Below, piece after piece: positions 24,901 through 37,778 of a stretch of DNA of 64,000 bases. Within the stretch, counting starts at the first letter, position 1. The number at the start of each line of letters is the position of its first letter. The DNA is from Phyllosticta citribraziliensis (Eukaryota). The notes beneath the pieces were generated by a model. That model was not told the origin of the DNA and searched no databases. It was given only the letters and a program-made list of their open reading frames with translations. The translations under genes were made by a program, and so were the position numbers. The stretch is from positions 1,426,001 through 1,490,000 of the forward strand of contig NW_027117342.1 of assembly GCF_038025025.1 (NCBI RefSeq). The letters run 5' to 3'.

Positions 24901-27016
24901 GCTCAACGGCGGGCGCTGAAAGGCAAAAACAAGTTGTTCGCAGGACGATCTCGCGCAACGGTTCGACCTTGGCGATCGCAGTGGTCGAGTGACTGGGATC
25001 CCCATTGGACCCTGGGAATAGAACGGCTTAGCAAGATCAGCGTGGGGGACATGGCCGTCATTGGTGGCAATAAAGCTTCTGGCAAAATCTTCGTGAGCTT
25101 ACAAGCCGACCCAGTTGGCTTTCCAAATCTCCACACCGGTGGCCTGGGGGTGACGTGCAGGACAAGTCCCAAGAGCGCGGAACTCGACTCGACTCTATGC
25201 GCTGGCCAGGTCAACCGCTCACTGACGTAGTGACGAGCGGGGCTCGCGCATCAAGTGGGAAACGACAGAGCGAGCCTGCGGCTGAGTGCGAAGAGAGTGA
25301 GGTCAGGCGCATGCCGTCGAGGACCACGAGTCCCGGTCAAGGCGAAGGAAACGAATGCGATGGTGCTGGCTCAAAGTTCACCAAAGAGGAAAGGCTAGCG
25401 GTGGTGTCGGGTGGCTGCCCGAGGACGGATCCAAACCACAAGTCATACCTAGCGTGCCTTCTGGAACGTGCGGGCTGTCAAGACGGTGCCGGCGTCGTTT
25501 TGATGTTGGTTGTGGATGTTGTGGTGGCTGGCTGAGGTGGGATGAGTGGAAAGTGACGGTGACAATGGACTGGCGTGGCAGTGACGCAACGCAGCCGTGG
25601 CCGAGCAACGAGGTTGACGCCGTCAACAGGTGATGAAAGGCAAAAAAAAAAAAGGTCATGGTTGACTTGGGATTGGGTATGGTCATGCCCAATGACGTCG
25701 GTTGGGGCGGGAGGAGGAGAGGTCAGTCAACAATCCTTGCTGGACGGTGGCTGAGGGCTGCGCCGACCGTTTCTGTGCGCCACTCCACTGGCAGTGCAAC
25801 GACGGCAGGCGGAGGTGAAGATGGACTGCACTGGGCTGGGCTGGCCGAGTTTGAAACGCGACGGGTTTTGGTCCCCGCCGGCTGCGGCGCTTGGACGGAT
25901 AAGGGCTCCATGGAGCTGCCCCTGCAGTTGGGCAGACAGGACGAATGGGGGGCTGGCATGCGCGGGATTTAGTGGCAGATGACCGCGTGAGCCACGACAG
26001 CGCCCGGCGAGGGGCCTTGAGGTGTTGATGCCACGAAGAGCGGTGTAGACGGAGGCTGAGTGGAATGCGGAGGGAGAGCAGGAGGATGTCGCAAAGGTAA
26101 CGAACGGCGAACAGTCGCCGAAGGAAGAGGACCGAGAACGAGCGACGGGGATGAGTGCGCCGTGCAGAGCGGTATGCGAAAGGGATGTGCGAGTAGGGCT
26201 GAGGGGTGCTGGTCGCGGCGAGAGCGGTGCCACGACGGGATGGTTGGTTGGAGGTCCGTAGGTAGGGAGACTCTGCCGTGGGAAATCGCCGGCACAATCC
26301 AGCGCAATTCGCGCAGAGAAAAAGCCTGCTTGCCCTACCTTACCAGTCCTGGTCCGCTGCCGTCGCCCTAGGTAGCCTCTGCTCTTCGCTTGCCAGACCA
26401 CGCCCTCTCTCTGCTGCTTTTCTCTTCTCTCCTCGCTCCCTCGCTCCTCTACAATCACCCCTCAACCTCCTCCCGCGCGCACTCACGCACCTCTCGCGGT
26501 CGCATTCGCTGCCGCGCGCTTCCCGTGTGCCGTGCGCGCTCTTCGCTGCTGCCAAAACTATATCCCCAGCAGGCGGCACAACCCCTTCCACCTCACTCCG
26601 CTGTTTGACTCGGCCATCCGATTAACCGACTCCTTCGCCACAACTGCCCTCCGCATCTTGCGACACCGTTGCAAGGTTGGCCCAGCTCCCTCCGCATCCT
26701 GACATCTGCATGCCCTAAGCTTCATCTACCACCAACAGGCACCTTCTACTCCGCTCCCAACCTTGAAACACCTTTTCCACCCATCCACAATGGTCGACCT
26801 GATATTATAGCAACACTGTCCTTAGGGACACACGACTGCTTGCAGAGCACCCTTTGCACTCTCCGACTACAACCACACCACTCCCCGCTGTGGGCGTTGG
26901 TCGTCGTCGACCATTATCCAGCAAACACGCTGCCTGGACCTCCTCGGACGCGTACACAATCCCACGGTCACGATCCACTCAACCACTTCTTGTCTTAGAC
27001 TTTAGCGATACCATTC

Positions 27017-29317
27017 ATGGCTTCACACCAAAAGAACATCGACACAATCGACAACATGCCGAACCCCATGTTTCAACTCGACCAGTCCACGAGGGCCGCG
27101 GATTCGCTCTGCTTAGGAGATGATCTGGCAGCTGATACCGACGAGCCTCCTGACGAAATGCAATCCACTCCGCGTCCTACGACCGCGAAACCCATTCTCG
27201 CCAACGCAGCCGGCTTCACCAAGACCAGGCCAACGCCATGCTCGCAGAAACAGTCGCTGCTCACGCAGGCCCTCCACTCGGAGAGCGAGTCGGCGTCTGA
27301 CGAGGAGCACCACGAGTTCCAAAGAGGATTCTCCAACACATCTACGTGGAGCACTCCAAGCATCGCATCCACGGCTGAGCTCACCAGTGACGGAGGATTC
27401 ACGAGCCCTGGCACTCGGGCCAGCTCCCCAAGCCCCCCTCTCCCCTTCATGCAACCTCTCCCAGCTTTGACCTTCGAGCTCCCCAAGGCCGAAACATCGC
27501 TCAGGATTTGCCACGAGGATCACGTCGAGAATGTGACGACTACCGTACAGAAAACTGCGACCAACGAGACTGTCGTGGAAGCAGGGTTGGGCAGGAAGAG
27601 GTGCATCACGTTTGCCTGCGGGAAAAAGGAGACTACGACGACGACTACGACATCGACTACCACGCAGGAACACAAACCTGCTGAACAAGGCCCCCGTGTC
27701 CGTGCTGTCAAGTTTGCTTGCAGCGTAAACACGACTCCCAGGAAGCCGCGATGCAGCAGCCCGCCGCCGCCCCCGCGCCAGACGGCGACGACTCCAAAGA
27801 CACCAAGGGCTCATCGAGACTCTGATTCCACTGTCAAGAATGACTCTCCCAAGACCGTCCGCAAGGCTGCTCCTATGTACGGCCACAGCCGGAAATTCAG
27901 CGCCAGCTCAGACATCTGCCGCCGCGAAGCCACGCGCTTCCACGAGTTTGCTAGTTCTGAGGAGGAAATCGAAGAGTGGACCCAAGAGCAAACGTGTCAC
28001 AAAAGCCGTCTTACAGTCCGGGACACCTTGACTATTGAAAACGGTCTTCGGCGTCTTGGCGAAGAGGTAGAGGAGGAGGCATTGGAGGATGAAGAGAACG
28101 ATGTGGAGGATGAGGATGATGAGCTCGACGAAGACGACGACGACTTGGACGCCGACGACGACGACGATGAGGAAGAGGCCGAGAACGAAGACGATGAAGA
28201 CGATGTGGCTTCAATCGCGTCGCACAAGACCGTTTCCACTGCGGGCTTCCAAACAGATGATGAGGGTGGCTTCGCCGTGTCCGACGACGAAAGCGATGCC
28301 GGCTCGGACTATCAATGGTGGGCTCCAGGTCGTACCTCCGCCGTTGCGCTTGGCGATCAAGCTGAACACATCCGGCCGAACGCTGGTCACCGGAGTTTCT
28401 CGGACTCTTCGACTGAGTCTCTGGCAAGCGCTACCGGCTCTGTCCACATGTTCCACAAGTCGAAAAGAACGCCAAAGCAGCGAAAACCAGTTGCCATTAG
28501 GCCTCACAGCCCTGAGCTGCCTGACAGCACCGACTTTGTGTGTGGTACTCTGGATGAGGATCGCCCCTTGGAGGCTGCTTACTATTCCGCCCTCGAGCAA
28601 CGCCGCGCGGCGAAACACAAGGCTGTTCCACAGGACATTGACCCGACATTCCCAACCTCGGACCCCGAGATGGAAGACGACGAAGATGACGATGACGTCG
28701 AGGTCATTGCAAAGGAGGACGAAAGCGACCAGCACATGTTGATGCACGGTCAGCTTGACCAGATCCACGAGGTGGGCGGTCGCGGCCGTTCCCGGGCTGG
28801 CTCCAAGCGGTCTCCGGGACCTTCGCCCAAGCGTCTTCGCTCCCCGCCTCCTCGCCGTGCTGCATGCCTCTCACCCAAGCGTCCTCGATCACCTGCACCA
28901 GCTTTGCGTCTTCGTTCGCCGGCTCCCAATCGACGGCCGTGCTTGGCTGCGGCGTCCAAAGCACACCAGGCCAAGGTCCACTGCGCGAGAATGGGCAATG
29001 GTCACGTTCCTACCCTTGCTGCCTCGCTGCCGCGACCATCCACCGTCTTCAACGTTGCTCAGGACGACGACGACGAGGAGAGTGAATCCCATAATGATAC
29101 CCTCAAGCGAGGTCCCATGGACATCAAGGCTGGCACTGCTTTGAAACGCCAGCGCCGCAAGGAAAAATTGTACATGAAGCATTGCCGTAAGCAGTGCAAA
29201 GAAAAAGAACGTCGCCCAGCCCCCGGCAGAGGTGTTGAGCGCATGAAAGAAATGGGTCTTGGCCTTGCTGCCTACAAGGGCAAAAGGGCCGAGCCCGTTC
29301 ACGTCTTGAGTTATTAG
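27017..29317 (+). CDS. DUF2457-family conserved fungal protein (acidic, S/P-rich)
   Basis: Intronless 766-aa ORF. Block PELPDSTDFVCGTLDEDRPLEAAY...PQDIDPTFPTSDPE plus ATRFHEFAS and a long D/E tract, recalled as the family signature. Confidence 0.85.
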   Translation: MASHQKNIDTIDNMPNPMFQLDQSTRAADSLCLGDDLAADTDEPPDEMQSTPRPTTAKPILANAAGFTKTRPTPCSQKQSLLTQALHSESESASDEEHHEFQRGFSNTSTWSTPSIASTAELTSDGGFTSPGTRASSPSPPLPFMQPLPALTFELPKAETSLRICHEDHVENVTTTVQKTATNETVVEAGLGRKRCITFACGKKETTTTTTTSTTTQEHKPAEQGPRVRAVKFACSVNTTPRKPRCSSPPPPPRQTATTPKTPRAHRDSDSTVKNDSPKTVRKAAPMYGHSRKFSASSDICRREATRFHEFASSEEEIEEWTQEQTCHKSRLTVRDTLTIENGLRRLGEEVEEEALEDEENDVEDEDDELDEDDDDLDADDDDDEEEAENEDDEDDVASIASHKTVSTAGFQTDDEGGFAVSDDESDAGSDYQWWAPGRTSAVALGDQAEHIRPNAGHRSFSDSSTESLASATGSVHMFHKSKRTPKQRKPVAIRPHSPELPDSTDFVCGTLDEDRPLEAAYYSALEQRRAAKHKAVPQDIDPTFPTSDPEMEDDEDDDDVEVIAKEDESDQHMLMHGQLDQIHEVGGRGRSRAGSKRSPGPSPKRLRSPPPRRAACLSPKRPRSPAPALRLRSPAPNRRPCLAAASKAHQAKVHCARMGNGHVPTLAASLPRPSTVFNVAQDDDDEESESHNDTLKRGPMDIKAGTALKRQRRKEKLYMKHCRKQCKEKERRPAPGRGVERMKEMGLGLAAYKGKRAEPVHVLSY

Positions 29318-30220
29318 AAGAGAGGAGCGCCGCTGGCTTTAGCTAGCAACGTTACAGATCTTGCTTCTTGCCTTGCTGCACAGAGGTTAGATTTGCTGGT
29401 CGCACTCTCCAGGATTTTGCAGTTTGAAAAGATGTTGTCATTCACTTTTTTACATATTTCCTTGGGCTTTTGCAAATACCCCCCCAGCTCAACGGTCCTA
29501 TACTCCACCGCTGGACGTTGAAGCGCAGGAACTTGAGTGAACTGATGCTTTTCATTGCCTCTTCTTCAGTCTTTTCATCATTGCGAGGGTTTACGACATT
29601 ACACCATTTTAACATAGACCGCCTGTTCAAGGTGGGACTTGAGGGTGTCTGGCACGCCGGCAGGGCTGCCAGATGGGACCCGATGAGCTACGACCGAACA
29701 TTTGGTGCGTAAGCACCTGGGCGTTTCTGTCTTTATTTCTATTCTTTTTCCGGGCCGGGACGATCTGAACAGATCCCCTGGCCTGCGAAGCTTTCGGGTT
29801 TGGGAGGCTGCTTTTACTTTCATGCGACGCATTTGCATCGGTCTCGGAGGATGACTGCTTGAACGAGGTTTGCGGTACCGTAGAAACGTTTGCAGAGGAT
29901 CAAGCTGCGACTTGGAATGAAGTTGCGATTCTGATCCCAACCTCCTCAATTGATCCTCGTGAATGCTTAGAAGTGTCAAAGACCCGAGATGGATGCTGCA
30001 TTGGGCCACGCTGTGGCGGTGTCATGTGGCGCTGCCGACCGAACAACTTTCCCTGCCAGGTTCGGGGTGCCAAGAGCCAGATTGACGTTGCTCCTCCCAC
30101 ATCATCCACCACCCAGTCCACATCGCCGACTTTCACCAACTCGTTCACTAGCAGCACCTCTACACCCCGACTCGCGCCAGCAGATACCTTCCCTTGCGAG
30201 AACCTCTACCTATCGCCGCC

Positions 30221-31361
30221 ATGTGGATTATCGATTGGTGTACGTACTCGTGCCTCATTACAAGATTCCCTCAGCCCAACTCGACTCCCTGCACGCAAGC
30301 AAGCGATTCGCGCCTTTGCACATCCTTTGCAATCCCGCGAGCTCAGAATACTCGAGTCACCGTATGCTTGATGAACCACTGCTGACATTTTCTCTCGCAC
30401 TAGTCTGGGATGTCTTGGCCAACTTGGGCTTGCTCAACAAGCACGCAGTACGTTATCTCAGCACGCCTTTGTCTCTGAGCTTGCGAACCAACTTCCGGAT
30501 CCCAATACACACGAAGACCGGTCTTGGTGGTGGGTGAATACCAGGCTGATGGTTTCGGACGTACAGAAGCTGCTCTTCCTCGGTCTGGACAATGCCGGCA
30601 AGACCACCCTTTTGCACATGCTCAAGGTACGTAGTGCTTCCCGTGATTGCAGTCTCGCAGCTGGGAAATGACTAATTTGCACGCAGAACGATCGCGTGTA
30701 CGTACAATCGTTGGAAAAATGATATTTGGCTTGAGTTTGTCGGCGCTGACCTGAACCACAGAGCTATCCTGCAGCCAACTCTCCACCCCAGTAGGTCATC
30801 GTCGATGATTGAGTCCAAACAGTAGTCTAACAGATTTCCAGCTTCGGAGGAGCTCACCATTGGAGCTTGCCGCTTCACCACCTTTGACCTCGGCGGTAGG
30901 TGCTCTGCAAAGTCACTCGAATCCGTGTCGCGACACCCGCTGATCGAACATTGCGAATAGGTCATCAGCAGGCTCGTCGCCTCTGGAAGGACTACTTCCC
31001 CGAAGTTTCCGGCATCGTTTTCCTCGTCGACGCCAAGGACCCCGAACGTTTCGCAGAGTCCAAGGCCGAGCTCGATGCGCTTCTGTCGATGGAGGAGCTG
31101 CAAAAGACGCCATTCCTGATTCTCGGCAACAAGATCGACCACCCCAACGCCGTTTCGGAGGACCAGCTCCGCCATGAGCTTGGCCTATACCACACCACGG
31201 GCAAGGGCAAGGTGCCGCTGGAGGGCATTCGGCCTATTGAGGTCTTTATGTGCTCGGTGGTCATGAGGCAAGGTTACGGTGAGGGTATCAGGTGGCTGTA
31301 AGTATCTCTCCCGTCAATCCCTCGGCATTGTCTAACATTCGATAGATCCCAATATGTGTAA
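30221..31361 (+). CDS. SAR1: COPII small GTPase Sar1
   Basis: Eight exons reconstruct [59 protein letters not shown]...DLGGH...GNKID...GIRWLSQYV*. Confidence 0.97.
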
Positions 31362-32431
31362 AGTCGAAAGACTTGTTATCACGCACGAAATGAACCCAGT
31401 CAACGCGCATCACGAACAACGTGGTTCTCTGTGTCGTCAATGAGGAAGCACCTTTCGACTAGAAGCCCTGTGGCTCAAAGTAGTCCAAGACTTGCAACAC
31501 GAGACACCAATGTTTTACACCATCCTACCAACCCCCACCTTTATACCATACCTATCAGAGCATTTGGCGGAGGAGCAGGTTGAAAGGCTGAAAGAAGGAA
31601 GGTCCGGGGCATCCCAGCCAGGCGAATATTGAGATGTCAGTTTTGGATGAGTTATAGGCGCACGTGGGCCTGGTATGGTCTCGCTCGTCCAAGGAGCCTT
31701 GTTCTTTTCCGGGGAATTTGCCCTGATGAGCTGGCCACCAGTGAGATAATGGATTTCTTCTCGTCTTCTCAATTGGATCCCTGCTTCATGTCTCTAACTC
31801 GAATGAACCGATTTTCTACAACGCATCCGCGCGAATCAACTCAGCGTACGAGTCGCCATGGTGCTACAGAAGGCAAGTACGCAGCGCTGCACGGTGAAGA
31901 AAAAGAAGGTTTCGAGACAGGAAAAACATGCAAATGACCGGAACAGGAAGTGTGCGCCCACAGTGCCAGAGTCCAACTTCGAACGCAGAGCCGGAAGCAA
32001 TATATTGCATTCGTCGTTGTTTTGGCTAGTCGTGGGAGGACAGAGGACGCAAGGTGCACATGTCCAGAAGCATCGTACGTCCACGCTGCAAGTGTCTGCA
32101 TGGGGCATTTACGGCTGCGCTGGCTAACTTTGAACAGAGTGTTGCGCAACGCGTTGCGTCCCGTCGTCTTGGGCCGTTGCGCTCGTTGCGTTCCATTACG
32201 CTGGAACGATCAGAGGTGGGAGAATCGCTTCGAGTCTCGAGATGAAGTGGTAAGTCGCTGTGCAAAAATTTGCCGCTTTTGTTGATACTGCAGTAGCACC
32301 TTTCTGGCTTGCGATGGGCGTCATGCTCGCATCATTGAATCGCCGATTCTTCGCCTGCACGGAGTGAGTGAAGCGTTATGAATGAATGACTCGAAATCTA
32401 TTTGCAAAACTTCTGCTAGTTTCCTCTACAA

Positions 32432-35067
32432 TCACTTAAATGCCACCGGAACCGTCCAGTGGACTCTTCCTCGGCTGTCCTCTTTCGACTCATTCAACAG
32501 CTTTCCATCGACAACCACGGTCCTCTTGTCGCCAACAGGCAAGACTATGCCCAGGCTGGTCCAGTTGGGCTTGAAACCACTCGCATCCGCGGAGAACTTG
32601 AACTCAATCTGCTTCTCCGAACTGGAGTAGGACACAGTGAATGAAGAAATGGCAGCGGCCAGCGAAATGCCGTCATCCTCGTACCACGTCGTCTCGAACC
32701 ACTTGCCCCCGGAGCTCTGGCGCGGCGGAAAGATCTCGACAGCGCGGTAGTCGTCTTCCGGCAGCGCTGCCGGATTCTCCTTCTCGCCGGGCGACAAGAC
32801 TTGAATGTCCTTGCCGACGGGGACGGCGCTGCCGACGCGCGCCAGGACGGGGATGCTGTCTTTCCACGGCGACTCGATGTCGACCCACTGCCCCGCAGGC
32901 AGGTACTGGTGCGGATGGTTCAGATTCAGGAACTCGGCCTCGTCGTCGCCTTGCTTCTTGGGGAGATACATCCGCGCCTTGGACTGGCCGGGCTCGAAGA
33001 CGCCGCCGATCAGGAGCGCGTCGCCTAGCCAGTACTGCGTTTCGCCGCCGCGCAGCGCGCGGGTCCACACTTCGGGGTCGGACTCGTATCCCCAGCCCGT
33101 CCAGCGCTGCGGCGGCGCGGCGTTGAGGTGGCTGTCCAGGTGCAGCGAGTACAGGAATGGAATCAACTCGTACCTGTGTTCGCATTAACTTGACGACTTC
33201 TACGAACGCGGTTTCTACAACTTACCTGCGTTTGATGGTGGCGCGAACGTTGGGGATGATCTCGGGATACATCCACGGCTCAATCACCTCGCCGACGCGG
33301 CTGTTGTCCGGCGACGTCTTGAAGCAGTTGATGGCAAAGCGGGACGAGTAGATGCCGAGCTGTATCCACCGCAGCAGAAGCTCAGGAGTTGGCTGCGGGC
33401 CCTCGAAGCCGCCAATGTCGTGGCCATAACACTGCACACAATTAGTCCCGGTCCCCTCCTACAGAGCGCGTTGTACTTGCCTGGAGCAAAGACATGCCCG
33501 CGTTCAAAGACAGGGCGTTTGAGCCCTTCATGCCGTCCCAGCTGGTCACGTTGTCTCCTGACCACGAACTGCCTGCGTATCTCATCGTTCCGGGAGACGC
33601 GCTCCGGGTCAACACGAACGGTCTCTGGTCCGGCTCCACCTCCAGCAAAGCATCGTGCGACGACTTTGCGTGTAGCTCGGTGTGGAGCGCGCGTCCCCAC
33701 AGCCCAATGTCGTTGCGGTTCGCCGCCTTGCTCTTCTGCTTGCTCGAGACGCCATCGAGCGCGCATTTCCAGCCGTCGTGCGGGATCGTGTACTCGTTGT
33801 TGTCGTTCCACATGGCGTCGCAGCCGAGCCCCTTGAGGTACTTGACGCCGTTGTACCAAAACTTGAAGCCCGCCTCCGAGGTAAAGTCGATGTGGCCGCC
33901 GACGTCGCTCTCGCCGCCGCCGTTGCTCCACAGGCGCGCCTTGGCCGGCTCATTGGTCATGGGGTCCGTGAAGAAGGCGCCGGCTTTCTTGAGATTCTCG
34001 TACTCCGGGTGGTACTGCAAGAGGTACGGCTTGATGTTCATGAGGAGCTTGATGCCGTAGCGGTGGTAATCGTCGATGAAGGCCTTGGGGTCGGGGAAGC
34101 GGTGCTCGTTCCAGGTAAAGACGTTGCGGACCTGGGGTTCACTCTGGCTGATGGAGTACCCGGAGCTCATCTGCATGGCCGAGCACGGGATGTCGTGCTT
34201 CTTCAGCTTCTCGGCAAACTCGACCAGCGCGTCGTGCGCGCGCGGCTCGTCCATCATCGTGTACTTGTACCCGCCGGAAAGGTAGCCCATGGCCCAGCGC
34301 GGCACGCGGATGGGGTAGCCGACCAGGTCGGCGTAGAGGCGCACAATGTCGCTGATGGTGTCGCCTACCATGATGTACTCCTCGAGTCCACCGTGGTCCT
34401 GGCGGTAGACCTTGAAGTGGCCCCATTGGCCGTCCATTTCGCCGCCCAGCGAGTAGAAGCCGCGGCTGTGCGAAGTCGAAAACAGGCCGACACATCCTTC
34501 AGGGGTCGCGTTGATCAGCAGGGGGATGTGCTTGTACATGGGGTCCGTCTTGTACACGTCGTAGCCAAACGAATCTGTGGCCGTGAGGATGAAAGACCGG
34601 TTGGTCAGATCCATGGGCGCCGCCTTCTCTCCGAGTCCAACGTGCAGCGTGTCTCCCTTGAGACGGCTGTAGTGCGCGACTCCGGTCCCGTCAATGGCGT
34701 ACGAGCGCCCTGCCAGGTCCTCGTGCAGAGTGAACCCCGAATCGACGCGCTCCAGCTTGACCGTTGGAGTTTCGTTCCATTGGACCGTTGCGCGTACGTT
34801 GCCGTACGTGATTTCTCTGGATTTTTCTGCAGACGCGACGCTGGGCTTCCCACTGCCCAACGACACGCTTGGGAGCGCCGCGCTGGGATGCGGCGGCAGC
34901 GGATGCTCCTCGGTTGTGAATGTGGTTCTGAAGAGATTTGGTCGCAGCACCTCGAAGGAAAAGTCGTGCTTGCCGATGCTCGAGCGGCTGCTCAACTGAA
35001 CGCCGTAGCCGCTCTCGCCATCCCCTTGGAGCTGGAAACTTTCCGGGACGAATTCGGTTTGAGGCAT
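32432..35067 (-). CDS. Glycoside hydrolase family 31 (alpha-glycosidase), no obvious signal peptide
   Basis: Three exons (introns 33480-33432, GC-AG, and 33225-33174). Motifs GLGEK, DPMYKHIP, nucleophile motif WNDNNE, WSGDN, GHDIGGF and RYELIPFLYS. Confidence 0.93.
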
Positions 35068-35557
35068 TGTTGATTGCGGCGCAGAAGTCCGTGGTGGCTG
35101 CAAAAGCAAAATCAGTCGCTCTCGTCAAGTCCCTTTTTGTACTTGACCATGGCATCGCTCGTCTCGGCCATGTCGGCCGACGCGACGAGGAGGCATGTCA
35201 GTGAGCGAAGCACGCCAGCGAGCGTCGGCGCGAAAGACCGAGATCGAACGACGCGCCTGTGCTCCCCCGCTTTCTCCATCTCCGCAGAGACAGGGGCTGC
35301 GTGGGCCTCCATCCCCATGGGGAATTTCCACTCTGTGGGGTGATGGCGCGTTGGTCGCTCCAAAGCGCCGAATGTCCGATCCTGTACTACAACGGAGAAT
35401 AACTACCACCACCATCTTGCAGTGCGACTCCACTATTCTCTCTCCACTCTGAAGCATTCGACTCGACTCTCGGACGATTTGGTTTTTTGGTCTGCAAGAT
35501 CAGTCTTTGTCAGAAGTCTGCCTGTCTACCTACATACCTATCCGGCAGCAGTGCAAG

Positions 35558-37431
35558 ATGGCGTCGCCTCCCGCGCCTACCAAAGACAGCAACGAGCACA
35601 TCGAGGTGGTGGCAAAGAACGAAGCTGATGAACGCCAGGCCAAGGGGATGGACAGAGCGGCAAAGTACCTCCAGGACGCCAACAAGGTCGTCGTCGTGAC
35701 GGACGAGAACAACGCTCGCGTCCTGCGGCGCATCGACCTAACCATCCTGCCCATTCTCCTGAGCGTTTACGCCCTGCAGAGCCTCGACAAGACGACCCTC
35801 TCTTACGCCGCCGTCTTCGGCTTGAACGAAGACACGAACCTCAAGGGAGAAGAATATAGCTGGCTGGGCAGCATCGTCTACTTGGCCCAGTTGGCAATGC
35901 AGCCAGCGGTTGCATACTTTCTGGTCAAGTTCCCCATTGGCAAGTTCACGGCGACCATGCTGCTCTGCTGGGGCATTTCGCTGTGCGGGATGGCTGCTGC
36001 GCGCAACTTTGGTGGGCTCATGGCGACGAGGTTCTTGCTGGGTGCTTTTGAGGCGTCTGTTGGTAAGTCTCCAGGACCATTCACAAGCGAACGACGTTGA
36101 GCTGACGATTCTCAGCGCCTGCATTCATCTCCATCATTCAAATGTGGTACAGGCGAAGCGAGCAGACCAACCGAAACGCTCTCTGGTATGCCATGTTGGG
36201 CATCGTTAATATGGTAAGCTTCTGAGACGTGGGGAGCGGACGTCGCAAGGCTGACGAGACTAGTTTGGCAGTTTGTTGGCCTATGGACTCGGCCATATCA
36301 AATCTCATCTGTATTCGTACCAGGTGAGTCTTTCGATCGACTTCTCTTTGCTCTGGCTGACCGTGGAGCGCAGATTATCTTCCTTTTCTGCGGCCTCCTC
36401 ACAGTGGTGTTTTCTGTTGTTGTCTTGTGAGTAATCAGTGGAACGTCACTTTGGAATTAGTCAACTGACCAGAGCAGTCTCTTCATGCCGGATTCCCCAG
36501 TCGATGCAAAGTTCTTGAAGGGAGATGACAAGCTTGTTGCAATCGAGCGCCTCCGCGTGAACCAGATGGGAATATCTTCTGGAGTTTGGAGATGGGACCA
36601 CTGCCGGGAAGCACTTTGCGACCCCAAGACATGGTTGTGGTTTGCTATGCTGGTAACAATTTCGTAAGCTGACCTAGTCGTGCCGAGATTGATGCATGGC
36701 TAACTCTCCGCAGTATTCCCAGCGGCGGCGTGTCCACCTTTGGCCCCCTGATCGTTGCCTCGTTCGGCTTCGACTCGTTCACGACAATCCTTTTCAACAT
36801 CCCCTTCGGAGCTGTCCAAATCGTGTCAACACTCGGAGGAGCGTATCTGGCAACGAAGCTCAAGAAAAAGTCGCCCGTCCTTCTGTTGCTCTGCATTCCT
36901 CCGATTGTTGGCATCGTCATGCTCATGGGCCTCAAGTACGACAAAAGCGATCAGGGTGGTCTACTCGCCGGCTACTACCTCATATCCTGCTACCCGGGAA
37001 TCACGCCCCTGATATACTCGTGGAGCGGGCAGAACACGGCGGGCGACACAAAGCGTAAGATCAATACTGGAATCATGTTTGTCGGAGCATGCGCGGGCAA
37101 CATCATCGGGCCACACCTGTTCAACACCGACGAAGCCCCACACTACACGCGCGGCCTGCGCGTCAACTTGGCCCTCTTCATCGCCTTGATGCTCCAGATC
37201 GTCCTTACCATGTTCTGGATCGCCTTGCTCAACCGCAAGCATGCGCGCACGCGTGAGAGTAAGGGCAAGTCCGCCATAGTCGTCGATTTGAGCATGCAGC
37301 GCCCCAAGTCGTCGGATGGCAAGGAAGCCACCGACACGTCCGCCACGGAGCAGAGTGAAAACGCGCTGGGAGCAAAGGCGTTCAACGACGAGACGGACCT
37401 GCATAACGAGGACTTCATTTTCCTTTATTAG
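35558..37431 (+). CDS. MFS transporter, allantoate permease (anion:cation symporter) family
   Basis: Six exons. Motifs RRIDLTILP, LDKTTLSYAAVFG, YSWLGSIVY, RFLLGAFEA, MPDSP..AKFL, NTAGDTK and AFNDETDLHNEDF. Confidence 0.92.
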
Positions 37432-37778
37432 CATTTTGGATCAACGTCCAATTTTCACAGTCATCTTTGTACATACGCACACGCATCCTTTCGTTTGGAT
37501 GCCTCTATACGACTCACGACTTGCTCATCCGATATTGAGAAATTTCTTGAAATTCCTTTTTCTACATAGGGCACAGGGCCCGACCGGCCTTTTAACCGGT
37601 TACCCCGCAGTGGCGTAGTTGCTCGGGGTTACCTATACCGTCGAAGCGCGCGTCCCTACTTGCCTTGACGCGCGCTGTGCTGACTGGCAGACTGGCGGGC
37701 AAGCGGGCGGCATCGGCACTCCAGCCGACGAGACAAACCCCCTTTGCCCGTACAGTCGCGAAAAGTGCCACGATCCAG

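Noticed and set aside
25683..26458. Long minus-strand ORFs (204 and 243 aa)
   Set aside because: Low-complexity promoter-like sequence with no coding signature.
33682..35073. 463-aa antisense ORF over GH31
   Set aside because: Same codon-bias shadow effect.
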